Translations under genes and position numbers: made by a program | Source: an uncultured virus (IMG/VR IMGVR_UViG_3300010163_001408) | Taxonomy: Duplodnaviria; Heunggongvirae; Uroviricota; Caudoviricetes | IMG/VR virus record: IMGVR_UViG_3300010163_001408 | Length of the DNA: 48,141 nucleotides | Reading direction: 5' to 3' (one strand) | Notes under the pieces: generated by a model | The model's input: only the letters and a program-made list of their open reading frames with translations | Databases searched by the model: none | Told to the model about the DNA's origin: nothing | Shown here: positions 39,590 to 48,123 of the stretch, in pieces | How positions within the stretch are numbered: the stretch's first letter is position 1 | Layout of the letters: each line of letters starts with the position of its first letter

Positions 39590-40582
39590 ATGGTTACTGT
39601 GGGAATTATAGTAGGCATTGATAAGCACAATAACATGTCTATGTATAGAGTGTTGCAAGCGCAGATAAATAAGAAGGCAGAGAATCAATACGATTGGAAG
39701 TTTAATTGTACCATGATGGATGAACATAGGATAATAAATTCTTTATTGAGTGGCCAAAAGTATTTGAATATAACACTTGATAAGGATAACAAGGGTAACC
39801 CAGTAGTTAAGGGTAATTCAGGTTCCCTTGATAGATTCAACAATAAGAATTACAAACCTTCTGTAATTTTATCTCAGATACAAAATGAAGAAGGTAGGTT
39901 ACTAGGATATAAAATAGCAAACTATGATGGAAATGTAAAAAATATAGTGCTTAAAGAAATGATTGCATACGGAAACAGGGTAACAAAGGCAGGAGCAACA
40001 CCAGTACAGAATGCAATATTTGTTCCTTCAGAAGAGGATAGGGCAGGACACTTTAAGAGTTATCCTAATTGCAATTTCTTAGTTGAGGTAATCAGGTCAA
40101 ATAAGAATGCACATGCTGAGGTAAAAAGGGTAAACACCCAGCAGAATAAAAAGACACTCAGCAAACTTGAAGAGATATACAGTCCACAACAGATTGCACA
40201 GTTAAAGCTAGGTAAGCAAGCAGGATTAGATATAAAAATATTTGCCAATCCAGCATTGAGTCCATTACAGATGCAGGTACTTAGAGAAGGACTTGCAAAT
40301 AAAGTAAATGTAAGACTTGTGGCATTTCCAGAATTTAATGTGGATTTAATGAGATACTACATTGATGATATGGAGTATGGTTTAAATATAAAGAAATATT
40401 TAAACCATAAGTACACATTACAGCAAGTGTCACAGTTAAGCATAGCAGCTGAGGAAGGTTTGGATATATCAAAAATGAGTAATCCTAAGTTAAGTGCAGA
40501 GGAAATGAGTGAAATACGTGAAAGACTTGAAAGAAACATTTGGAAAGATGAACTAGTAAAGAAAGATGGCAGCTGGTATTAA
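39590..40582 (+). CDS. Protein with N-terminal recurrent-domain pair and C-terminal ~24-aa helical repeats
   Basis: KGNSGSLDRF...LLGYKIANYDG matches the 36210 N-terminus; about five QM..(L/I)R.GL..GLD....NP-type repeats. Confidence 0.8.
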   Translation: MVTVGIIVGIDKHNNMSMYRVLQAQINKKAENQYDWKFNCTMMDEHRIINSLLSGQKYLNITLDKDNKGNPVVKGNSGSLDRFNNKNYKPSVILSQIQNEEGRLLGYKIANYDGNVKNIVLKEMIAYGNRVTKAGATPVQNAIFVPSEEDRAGHFKSYPNCNFLVEVIRSNKNAHAEVKRVNTQQNKKTLSKLEEIYSPQQIAQLKLGKQAGLDIKIFANPALSPLQMQVLREGLANKVNVRLVAFPEFNVDLMRYYIDDMEYGLNIKKYLNHKYTLQQVSQLSIAAEEGLDISKMSNPKLSAEEMSEIRERLERNIWKDELVKKDGSWY

Positions 40583-40630
40583 TAAAAACAAAAGTAATAA
40601 ATCATAAGAATTTGTGATTAAGTATATTAT

Positions 40631-40670
40631 TAAAAGTGTCTATCCATAAGAATCAGGATAGACACTTTTA
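40631..40670 (+). terminator. Intrinsic terminator (possibly bidirectional)
   Basis: taaaagtgtctatcc / ggatagacactttta perfect 15-bp stem. Confidence 0.8.
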
Positions 40671-40717
40671 ATTTCCAAAAATTGGTATAATTTTTCAAAA
40701 ATAATTGAAAATAAATA

Positions 40718-40746
40718 TTGACAAGATATTTATAATGTGTTAATAT
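40718..40746 (+). promoter_or_regulatory. SigA-type promoter for smpB
   Basis: TTGACA-N17-TAATAT with TG at 40738-40739. Confidence 0.65.
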
Positions 40747-40786
40747 GTATATAAAGAAAGAGAGATAATGTAGTGAGATACAAAAA

Positions 40787-40861
40787 TAGTGTGTAGACTT
40801 AGCTAAGGTATTGGGTTACCTTTGAAATTAGTTGCAGGTTTATACATTATAGTATACACAC
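40787..40861 (+). promoter_or_regulatory. Structured 5' leader of smpB with alternative pairings
   Basis: tagtgtgtagac can pair with gtttatacatta (three G-U pairs) or with agtatacacac next to the RBS; inner stem aaggta / tacctt. Confidence 0.4.
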
Positions 40862-40874
40862 ATTAAGGAAAGGG

Positions 40875-41345
40875 GTGATACCAGTGTATAGTGAAGCTAA
40901 GAAAAATACTATTACCATTGAAAACAAGAAGGCATACTATGATTATTATGTAGAAGAATCGTTGGAGTGCGGTATTGAACTTAGAGGCAATGAAGTGAAA
41001 TCCATTAGGGATGGCAAGACTTCTATTAAAGAATCTTGGGTAGCAGTAGAAAATAACCAGTTAATCATTAAAAAGATGCATATTACAGCTTGGGATAAGT
41101 CTAACAAGTTTGATGTAGATGAAACCAGAGAAAGAAAGCTGTTGGCACATAAGACAGAGATAAGAAAGTTTGATACGGCAGTTCAACGAGGTGGTTATAC
41201 AATCATACCTCTCAAGATTTACATAAGTAAAGCAGGAAAAGTCAAGGTGCTTATTGGTTTATGTAAGGGTAAACATATATATGACAAACGGAGAGTAGAA
41301 AAAGAGAAGCAGGTCAAGCGCGACATTCAGAGAATTGTAAAATAA
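40875..41345 (+). CDS. smpB: SsrA-binding protein SmpB
   Basis: ENKKAYYDY, ECGIELRGNEVKSIR, RERKLLAHK.EI, TIIPLKIY, KGK..YDKR tail; GTG start at 40875 or 40884. Confidence 0.96.
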   Translation: MIPVYSEAKKNTITIENKKAYYDYYVEESLECGIELRGNEVKSIRDGKTSIKESWVAVENNQLIIKKMHITAWDKSNKFDVDETRERKLLAHKTEIRKFDTAVQRGGYTIIPLKIYISKAGKVKVLIGLCKGKHIYDKRRVEKEKQVKRDIQRIVK

Positions 41346-41372
41346 CAGTTAAAATCAAGGAGGGAAATAATC

Positions 41373-41825
41373 GTGGCATTAAATATGGTAAGAAAAGATA
41401 AGAAAACGGAAACCTTTGAACAGAAAGTAAACATGATGGGATTGAATTTGTCCCAGCAGGCAGATATGCTTAATAAGATGTATGCAGGTAAGATACATTT
41501 CCAAGCTTTTAGTACTTGCATAGAAATACAAGTAATTGATGAAAGTATTGAAATGCTGGAATTACCTGAGGCAAGTACATTGTTCTTTTCAGGCATACGT
41601 ATTCCCTGTTTCAGCAAACTGTATGGAATTAAGTTTCCCAAATGTATGCCTAAGACCAGTGCTAAGGAACTAAGTCTGAACCGGTATGAAAGAGTATTTG
41701 CATGGGATGACAACATTACAGATATTAATTCGATTAGAGAAGGATTGGGTGGACCTGGCAAGCTGAAGATGATCGCAATGCAGTACTCTGATGGTAGAAA
41801 ACCTAAGATATACAGGTTTCAATAA
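41373..41825 (+). CDS. Hypothetical protein
   Basis: AAGGAGG RBS with GTG start; no recognised motif. Confidence 0.65.
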   Translation: MALNMVRKDKKTETFEQKVNMMGLNLSQQADMLNKMYAGKIHFQAFSTCIEIQVIDESIEMLELPEASTLFFSGIRIPCFSKLYGIKFPKCMPKTSAKELSLNRYERVFAWDDNITDINSIREGLGGPGKLKMIAMQYSDGRKPKIYRFQ

Positions 41826-41843
41826 TAAGTAAATACACTAAAT

Positions 41844-41884
41844 TAGTAGCAGTACACCCCGAAGTCAGGATTGTACTGCTATTA
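41844..41884 (+). terminator. Hairpin / probable terminator
   Basis: tagtagcagtaca / tgtactgctatta stem; weak T-tail. Confidence 0.55.
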
Positions 41885-41907
41885 CTGTTGAAATCCTTAT
41901 AAAAATA

Positions 41908-41936
41908 TTGACATGCTTTAAAATATACATTATAGT
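41908..41936 (+). promoter_or_regulatory. SigA-type promoter
   Basis: TTGACA-N17-TATAGT upstream of the 68-aa ORF. Confidence 0.75.
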
Positions 41937-41982
41937 TAATGGTTAGTAATTTTAGTAATTTTTTGTAGGAGGGTTCTAAGGC

Positions 41983-42189
41983 ATGGCAAAAATAAGGGTT
42001 GACATTGATGAACTTATAGGTAAACTAGAGGAAATCAAAAATGATTATTACGTTACAGTAGAGTTAGACATACAGGATGATGAAGAAGGTGTCTTTGGCA
42101 AAGAATTAGTTGTTGGAGCAGTTACTTTTGAAGATGATGAACCTATTGGATATGGTGTGATAGCAGAAACAGAGGAAGAAATTTTATAG
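41983..42189 (+). CDS. Small acidic protein (68 aa)
   Basis: AGGAGG RBS, own promoter and terminator; strongly D/E-rich. Confidence 0.8.
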   Translation: MAKIRVDIDELIGKLEEIKNDYYVTVELDIQDDEEGVFGKELVVGAVTFEDDEPIGYGVIAETEEEIL

Positions 42190-42220
42190 GTTTAAACATA
42201 TTATATTTATTATAGACATA

Positions 42221-42255
42221 AAAAATGCTGGTTTTACGTGACAACCGGCATTTTT
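42221..42255 (+). terminator. Intrinsic terminator
   Basis: aaaaatgctggtt / aaccggcattttt stem. Confidence 0.75.
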
Positions 42256-42296
42256 GTATAATAAGTATTAAATTTTTATTTTAAAGATAGGAGAAT

Positions 42297-44696
42297 ATGA
42301 TGGGAAAGAGTAGAAACATGGAACATTATTTTATCAAAATTGCAAATTTCAATGACGCAGCTAACAAGGTTGTAAATCATGCAATCAAGTATTCAGGTGA
42401 TGAAAAGTGTCAAGATGTAAATACAGTACACATGTTTTTAGGTATTCTCGAAACATCCAAAATTGGAGAGAACATACTCAAACATATGAATACAACATTT
42501 GATATGGTATACGGATCATATCAGACACTAGCTGAATCAGGAAGATATGGTAGACTTGACACCAGCAATATAGAGTTTAATCCTGATTATTTTTCTCCAG
42601 AAGTATTTCATATTATAGGCATATGTGCCACAAGAACAGCCATGACAAATAAAGAAGCATCCGTAGAAACCTTGCTCAAGGAACTTTTGGATTTTGAGAG
42701 TGAAATCTTGGAAGACTTCTTTAAATACATTGGACTTGATATTAAGGACATTAACGATGCCAGAGGCGGAGATTTTTACATACCTGATGAATTAGAAGAT
42801 TTCATTGAGGATGTTCACAAGTGCAAGGGAGTAACAGAAGATACAATTACAAACGTAGACAACTACGTAGATGAAATGATTGAGGTACTGTGTAGAAAGA
42901 AGAAGGCAAATCCATGCATTATTGGTGAAGCTGGAGTTGGTAAGACGACTATAGTATATAGATTAGCTCAGCGTATTATAAGTGGAGATGTACCTGCTGA
43001 ATTAAAAGATCAGCACATTGTATACGTTAATGGATCTACCTTGACATCTGGTACTAGATTCAGAGGAGATTTCGAGGAACGCATGAAGAATATTATGGAT
43101 TGGGCTTCTAAGGAGAAGGTAATAATATTCTTAGATGAAATACATACATTCATTAATGCAGGTGATACTGGGCATAATGATGGCAGTACAGCAGGAAATA
43201 TGTTTAAGCGGTATTTGTCAGACGGTGCAATCAGAATTATTGGTGCAACAACTATCCGCGAATATCATTCTTCTATTGAAAAGGATAAAGCATTCAATAG
43301 AAGAATGCAGAAGATTGTTATTACAGAGCCAACTGTTGATCAGGCAACAGAAATCATCAAGAATACCATTGTAGATTATGAGAAATTTCATAATGTAAAG
43401 GTACCTGAGGAACTTATTAAGATGCTAGTAAGATTATCAGATAGATACATAAAGGATAACTTTTTACCTGACAAAGCATACACAGTACTTGATCAAGCTT
43501 GTACTAAAGCTAAGTTGAGCAATAAGAAAGTCCTGGATGAACAGACCGTACTTGATACGATATCTAAGCTTACCAAGATTGATGTTACAAGACTCAATGC
43601 AAATGAATCAGATAGACTTATCAATCTTGAAAAAATCATTGGAGAAAACCTGATTGGTCAGGAAAATGCTGTGAAAACAGTATGCAAGGCAATAAGACGT
43701 TCTAAGACAGGTGTAAGACAAGGAAATAAGCCTATTGCTTCATTCTTATTCGTAGGTCCTACAGGAGTAGGAAAGACGGAACTCTGTAAGGTTTTAAGTA
43801 AAGAAGTAGCAATGGGAGAACAATCCTTAATTAAGATTGATATGTCAGAGTTTACAGAGAAGAACAGTGTGAGCAGGCTTTTGGGAACTACTGCTGGATA
43901 CATTGGGTATGGTGAGGGTGGTCAACTGACTGAAAAGGTTAAACATAATCCATACTCAATAGTGCTTTTGGATGAAATTGAGAAGGCACATCCTGATATC
44001 TTTAACACATTTTTGCAGTTATTGGACGAAGGTAAGTTAACTGATGGCGAAGGAACAACAGTTGACTTTACAAACTGTATCATAGTAATGACATCTAATG
44101 CAGGATATGGTGCAGATGGAATGAATAAAAAGCCTATCGGCATAGCAGCTCAGGAAGAAAAAGTAGATAGCAGGAAGACAGAAAGGATAGCACTTAAGGC
44201 TCTTGAGGAAACATTTAAGCCCGAGTTCCTTAACCGCATTGATAATGTAGTTATCTTTGAGAAACTGACTAAAGAACAGTGTCATGACATTGTAGGACTT
44301 ATGCTAAAAGATCTCACTGCAAGATTGAATGAGCAGGATATCACCTTAAGTTTCGATGATAGCATTATCAATAGGGTTGTTGAAACGGGTTATAGTGATA
44401 AGTATGGTGCAAGAAACCTTAGAAGAGAAATTCAGGACACTATAGAGGATACAATATCAGATGCAATCTTAGCTAAGACAATTAGCAAAGGTGACAGTGC
44501 AAAGGTTTACTGGGCTGATGACGAAGTAAAACTGGATGTAAAACATAGTGTTAAAAAGAGCAGCAGGTGTAAAACTAAAAACACTAAGATGCATATTGAA
44601 AACAACATTGAAGCAACCTATGAAACAAATAAAATTGAAGAAGCAGAAGCAACTGAAGAGACAAAAACACAAGAGAAAGAAACAATATTGCATTAA
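42297..44696 (+). CDS. clpC: Hsp100/Clp ATP-binding subunit (ClpA/ClpC family; no M-domain; IGF-like loop)
   Basis: GEAGVGKT/LDEIH and GPTGVGKT/LDEIEKAHP nucleotide-binding domains; GTRFRGDFEER and GYIGY pore loops; PIGI loop; PEFLNRID; YGARNLRR. Confidence 0.92.
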   Translation: MMGKSRNMEHYFIKIANFNDAANKVVNHAIKYSGDEKCQDVNTVHMFLGILETSKIGENILKHMNTTFDMVYGSYQTLAESGRYGRLDTSNIEFNPDYFSPEVFHIIGICATRTAMTNKEASVETLLKELLDFESEILEDFFKYIGLDIKDINDARGGDFYIPDELEDFIEDVHKCKGVTEDTITNVDNYVDEMIEVLCRKKKANPCIIGEAGVGKTTIVYRLAQRIISGDVPAELKDQHIVYVNGSTLTSGTRFRGDFEERMKNIMDWASKEKVIIFLDEIHTFINAGDTGHNDGSTAGNMFKRYLSDGAIRIIGATTIREYHSSIEKDKAFNRRMQKIVITEPTVDQATEIIKNTIVDYEKFHNVKVPEELIKMLVRLSDRYIKDNFLPDKAYTVLDQACTKAKLSNKKVLDEQTVLDTISKLTKIDVTRLNANESDRLINLEKIIGENLIGQENAVKTVCKAIRRSKTGVRQGNKPIASFLFVGPTGVGKTELCKVLSKEVAMGEQSLIKIDMSEFTEKNSVSRLLGTTAGYIGYGEGGQLTEKVKHNPYSIVLLDEIEKAHPDIFNTFLQLLDEGKLTDGEGTTVDFTNCIIVMTSNAGYGADGMNKKPIGIAAQEEKVDSRKTERIALKALEETFKPEFLNRIDNVVIFEKLTKEQCHDIVGLMLKDLTARLNEQDITLSFDDSIINRVVETGYSDKYGARNLRREIQDTIEDTISDAILAKTISKGDSAKVYWADDEVKLDVKHSVKKSSRCKTKNTKMHIENNIEATYETNKIEEAEATEETKTQEKETILH

Positions 44697-44707
44697 GGAG
44701 AAAAAGT

Positions 44708-45211
44708 ATGGCAAAGATAATGTTGTTTGGTTCATCTACGATTACTGGAGTACCTCAAAACATAGTAGATTGGTTATATCAATATACTCAGCAGGGGCAC
44801 GAATTTTTAGTAGGAGACACTAGGGGAGCAGATACTGCTTTTCATAAAGCATTAAGTAGCGTTGGTGCTGTAGATAGGACAACTATCTACAGCATGGGTG
44901 ATCCAAGAAATAATGTATACGCAATGAAGGCAAGAATATTTGATACTTATTACGATGAAACAAATAAGATAGTCACAGTAACATTAAGGGAAAAAGAGAA
45001 AGAACCTGATTTCCAAGATATTATCATTGAAGATGTAAAACAAGAAATAGATATAGCAAGTAATAGACAGTGGTATGAATTACGGGATAGACAAATGATA
45101 AACGACTGTGACATGGCAATTTGCTTATGGGATGGAGAAACTAAGAACACTTTCAATAACATTCAATTATTGGGCATAAAAAATAAAGTGTGTCATACCA
45201 TTAAATTTTAG
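44708..45211 (+). CDS. SLOG superfamily (YspA/DprA/LOG-like) protein
   Basis: MLFGSS, VGDTRGAD, RDRQMINDCD.AI.LWDG..K.T pattern. Confidence 0.7.
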   Translation: MAKIMLFGSSTITGVPQNIVDWLYQYTQQGHEFLVGDTRGADTAFHKALSSVGAVDRTTIYSMGDPRNNVYAMKARIFDTYYDETNKIVTVTLREKEKEPDFQDIIIEDVKQEIDIASNRQWYELRDRQMINDCDMAICLWDGETKNTFNNIQLLGIKNKVCHTIKF

Positions 45212-45222
45212 TAATAAATATT

Positions 45223-45275
45223 GAATTGCATTCTCAAATAAAAACATTCATCAAAGCTATTTGAGAATGTAATTC
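45223..45275. terminator. Long inverted repeat / possible terminator
   Basis: gaattgcattctcaaata / tatttgagaatgtaattc 18-bp stem with one G-U pair. Confidence 0.6.
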
Positions 45276-45347
45276 TAATTGAAGATAAGTCAATAGATGG
45301 TTAGACATATAAGGTTAGCATAACAAGAAGGATGTGCAAATAGCATT

Positions 45348-45620
45348 ATGAAAAAATTTAGGCAACACAGGAATGAGAGTAGTATAAACTTTCAGAACAG
45401 GATACAGTTAAAGGAAGTAGTAAACAAGGCATTGAGAGATAAAACTTTAGCAGATAACAGTGATAATAGTGATTACATAGCATTATTAAATGAAAATAAC
45501 ATTGAATATGTTGAAATAAATATAACAAAAGATTCAGGTAAGACATATGATATAGTAATACCAGCAAGTGTTTTTCACATTTTATCAAAGAAAGATATTG
45601 ATAAATTACTTAAGAGGTAA
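45348..45620 (+). CDS. Hypothetical protein (90 aa)
   Basis: Collinear ORF after an aaggatg RBS-like site, ending just before the next gene. Confidence 0.6.
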   Translation: MKKFRQHRNESSINFQNRIQLKEVVNKALRDKTLADNSDNSDYIALLNENNIEYVEINITKDSGKTYDIVIPASVFHILSKKDIDKLLKR

Positions 45621-45625
45621 TTGAT

Positions 45626-46414
45626 ATGGCACATTATATTTTGCAATCAAACACGAATGATTTAGATATAGAAAATGAAATAATAAAAGATTTATTAAAA
45701 AAGAATAAAATGCTGTATAATTATGACACAATGGCATTAAATGATATTAAAGAGGGCAGTAAACTTGTGGTAGATGGCAATATCCCTATAGGAGATATAC
45801 CATTTGTAACAAAATTTTTAAACATAACGTATGGATTAGAAAAAGAAAATCCCATAGAAATTCCTGTATATTTAAGAACGGATGAATTTTTAAAGAGAGA
45901 TTACAAGATACTAGAAATAGAGAATTTACCAAGATTAGGTAATTACTTTATAAAAGATGTTGAGACATTGAAACATTTTAGTTACACAGGGTATTTGGAA
46001 TATTTACCAATTGATGAAATGTTACAAGAATCAGCAAAATCATATGATTATTCATTAAAGATAAAGCCACATACATTGTATTCAATGAGTAGTATATTTT
46101 ATATACAATCAGAATATAGAGTATATATCATAGATGGTGAAATAGAGGCAATAGCAAATTATAATGGTGACTGTACAATACTTCCAGATATCAATTTAAT
46201 TAAAAAGATGATACAGCTAATAAATTATAATGAAAAATGGTTAAAATCGTACACATTGGATATTATGGTAGGTAAAGAAGGTACAGCCATTATAGAAGTC
46301 CATAATTTTGCCTCAGTTGGTTTATATACAAGTTTGTGGGGAGATAGTTTATTATATGCTTATAAGCAGGGCATAGAATATCTTGTGAATGACAACCATA
46401 GAATAGTAGTGTAG
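45626..46414 (+). CDS. ATP-grasp domain protein (DUF4343/R2K-like)
   Basis: YFIKD, SEYRVYIIDGEI, YTLDI...IIEVH.FASVGLY ATP-grasp motifs. Confidence 0.75.
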   Translation: MAHYILQSNTNDLDIENEIIKDLLKKNKMLYNYDTMALNDIKEGSKLVVDGNIPIGDIPFVTKFLNITYGLEKENPIEIPVYLRTDEFLKRDYKILEIENLPRLGNYFIKDVETLKHFSYTGYLEYLPIDEMLQESAKSYDYSLKIKPHTLYSMSSIFYIQSEYRVYIIDGEIEAIANYNGDCTILPDINLIKKMIQLINYNEKWLKSYTLDIMVGKEGTAIIEVHNFASVGLYTSLWGDSLLYAYKQGIEYLVNDNHRIVV

Positions 46415-46425
46415 CATATTAATAT

Positions 46426-46479
46426 AAAAATAATTACCTGTACAAAGGCATTAAATTGTTATAGAGGTAATTATTTTTT
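46426..46479 (+). terminator. Intrinsic terminator
   Basis: aaaaataattacct / aggtaattattttt stem ending in a T-run. Confidence 0.7.
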
Positions 46480-46551
46480 ATGTTTTATGTAGTTTTGCAT
46501 AGGCATACAAAACGAACGGATAAACAAGAATATCATAAAGGAGATAAAAAA

Positions 46552-47118
46552 ATGATAACAGCCTACAAGAAAATGTTCCAAAATTACCTAAACTTTAATG
46601 GTAGAACTACTGTTAAAGATTATTGGTTAGCATTTTTAGCTAACTTAATAATAGCAATGGTGCTTGGTGTAGCATGTTCAGTACTTACGTTCCTACTAGC
46701 GGCTATATTTGGTGAAGATTCTTTCATAATAGGATTAGCACAAGTGCCTACATTATTGTACTCATTAGCAATAATAATTCCATTCATATCTATGGCAGTA
46801 AGAAGAATGCATGATCAGAATAGACCTGGTTGGATAGTGGCAGCATGTTATATAGGAGCTATTTGCTGTGGTATAGGAAGTTTAGTGTTAGTAGTATTTA
46901 TGTGTTTACCTGGTACAGTAGGACCTAATCAGTATGGACCCGATGAAAACAATAGAAATGGTGCTAACAGTTATAACGGATATGCAGGTGGGTACAATCC
47001 CAATCAGCAATATATGCAGGGGCAGGGAATGAATCAGCAGATGAATCAGCAGCCTTTAGGACAGCAGCAACAATTTGGAAATGTGAATCAAAATAATCAG
47101 AATAACAATCAGTTCTAA
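46552..47118 (+). CDS. DUF805 family membrane protein with Q/N-rich tail
   Basis: YLNFNGR....YW, AVRRMHD..RPGW, PG..GPNQYGPD; AAGGAG RBS supports ATG 46552 rather than 46480. Confidence 0.9.
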   Translation: MITAYKKMFQNYLNFNGRTTVKDYWLAFLANLIIAMVLGVACSVLTFLLAAIFGEDSFIIGLAQVPTLLYSLAIIIPFISMAVRRMHDQNRPGWIVAACYIGAICCGIGSLVLVVFMCLPGTVGPNQYGPDENNRNGANSYNGYAGGYNPNQQYMQGQGMNQQMNQQPLGQQQQFGNVNQNNQNNNQF

Positions 47119-47134
47119 GTAAGAAGTAATAAAA

Positions 47135-47174
47135 TAAGGTGTGACACATAAGAAATTAAATGTGTCACACCTTA
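47135..47174 (+). terminator. Hairpin / probable terminator
   Basis: taaggtgtgacacat / atgtgtcacacctta perfect 15-bp stem, no T-tail. Confidence 0.6.
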
Positions 47175-47201
47175 ACAAAATAAAGAAGGAAAGAAAAGGT
47201 T

Positions 47202-48005
47202 ATGAAGGACATAAATAAACTTGCAATTGAATCAATAAAATCATCAACAGTACGTGAGTATTTAAAAGATATAAAGCATGAGTTTAATATACAAGAGCAA
47301 ATTTCATTGATATTTAACAGTGATTTAAGCTTGGATAGTAAAACAGAAATATTTGAGGACTTAGTAAATAGTGATAATGTAGCAGAGAGTATTAAGGATG
47401 AAGTTAGAGAGATAATCAAGAATTTTGAAGCTTTTAAGATTGTGGCATATGAATATAATAATATAGCATTTATAACATTTGATGAAGACAATGAAGTTAT
47501 TTGTACAAATGCATTAGATAAACTAAGAGATTACAATATTAAAAATAAATTGGATAAGAATATAAGAGCGATAAACATAGGTTTAGATGATGTAGAATCA
47601 AATACACTTTATGAAATAGAGTTAAACAGTGATGGTGAGGTATGTAGGATTTTTCCTTATGAGTTAGCACAGTATAAAACAACAAACATTGAAAATAGTT
47701 ATGTGGATATACCTAATGAGTTTAAAATGGGTGACATAGTAAGAGTAGTAGGACAAAAAGAAAAATATGTAGTTGTTTCAGATTCAGATATGCCAGAGCA
47801 TTTAAAACCAAGTTGTGATTTTATAGATACTTCAATAACAGTGGTTCCAAAACGTATATTTAATAGTAGCACAAGAAGTTATAAAGATCAGATAGAAGAT
47901 ATTTACCGAAATAGAATTAAACACATTGAATACAGCGAACCAATCATAGATATTATTTCAAGAGAACACCAACATTTAAAGTTAACAGTGGTAGAAAAAG
48001 TGTAA
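47202..48005 (+). CDS. Hypothetical protein
   Basis: 267-aa ORF; FKMGDIVRV SH3/KOW-like motif near the C-terminus. Confidence 0.7.
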   Translation: MKDINKLAIESIKSSTVREYLKDIKHEFNIQEQISLIFNSDLSLDSKTEIFEDLVNSDNVAESIKDEVREIIKNFEAFKIVAYEYNNIAFITFDEDNEVICTNALDKLRDYNIKNKLDKNIRAINIGLDDVESNTLYEIELNSDGEVCRIFPYELAQYKTTNIENSYVDIPNEFKMGDIVRVVGQKEKYVVVSDSDMPEHLKPSCDFIDTSITVVPKRIFNSSTRSYKDQIEDIYRNRIKHIEYSEPIIDIISREHQHLKLTVVEKV

Positions 48006-48045
48006 AACATTTCAATTTAATTTTAGCTTTCTTTATTTGAGGTGT

Positions 48046-48123
48046 TTAATGAAATCTTTTTAGGATGTCATGTATCATATAAATGATACTGTAGCATCCA
48101 AGAATACCAATAATGGCATCCAT
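48046..48123 (-). CDS. Small hydrophobic peptide MDAIIGILGCYSIIYMIHDILKRFH (type I toxin-like)
   Basis: Minus-strand AAAGGAGGTG RBS 7 nt before ATG; 25 aa with a hydrophobic core and basic tail; anti-SD AACACCTC at the stop codon. Confidence 0.65.
   Translation of the reverse strand: MDAIIGILGCYSIIYMIHDILKRFH

Noticed and set aside
39585..39611. Out-of-frame mini-ORF MLWLLWEL* sharing the RBS of 39590
   Set aside because: A chance ATG near an RBS is common, and there is no supporting structure or other evidence.
40583..40874. tmRNA (ssrA) next to smpB
   Set aside because: No tRNA-like GGGG 5' end, T-loop or CCA 3' end, and the gap is too short once the terminator and promoter are accounted for.
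43135..44823. Alternative-frame + strand ORFs inside clp (43135..43374, 44548..44823)
   Set aside because: They overlap well-supported genes and have no RBS or recognisable motifs.
67..47491. Numerous minus-strand ORFs of 60-160 aa in the ORF track
   Set aside because: Nearly all are antisense shadows of long + strand genes, with S/L/F-rich composition, no RBS and no recognisable motifs.
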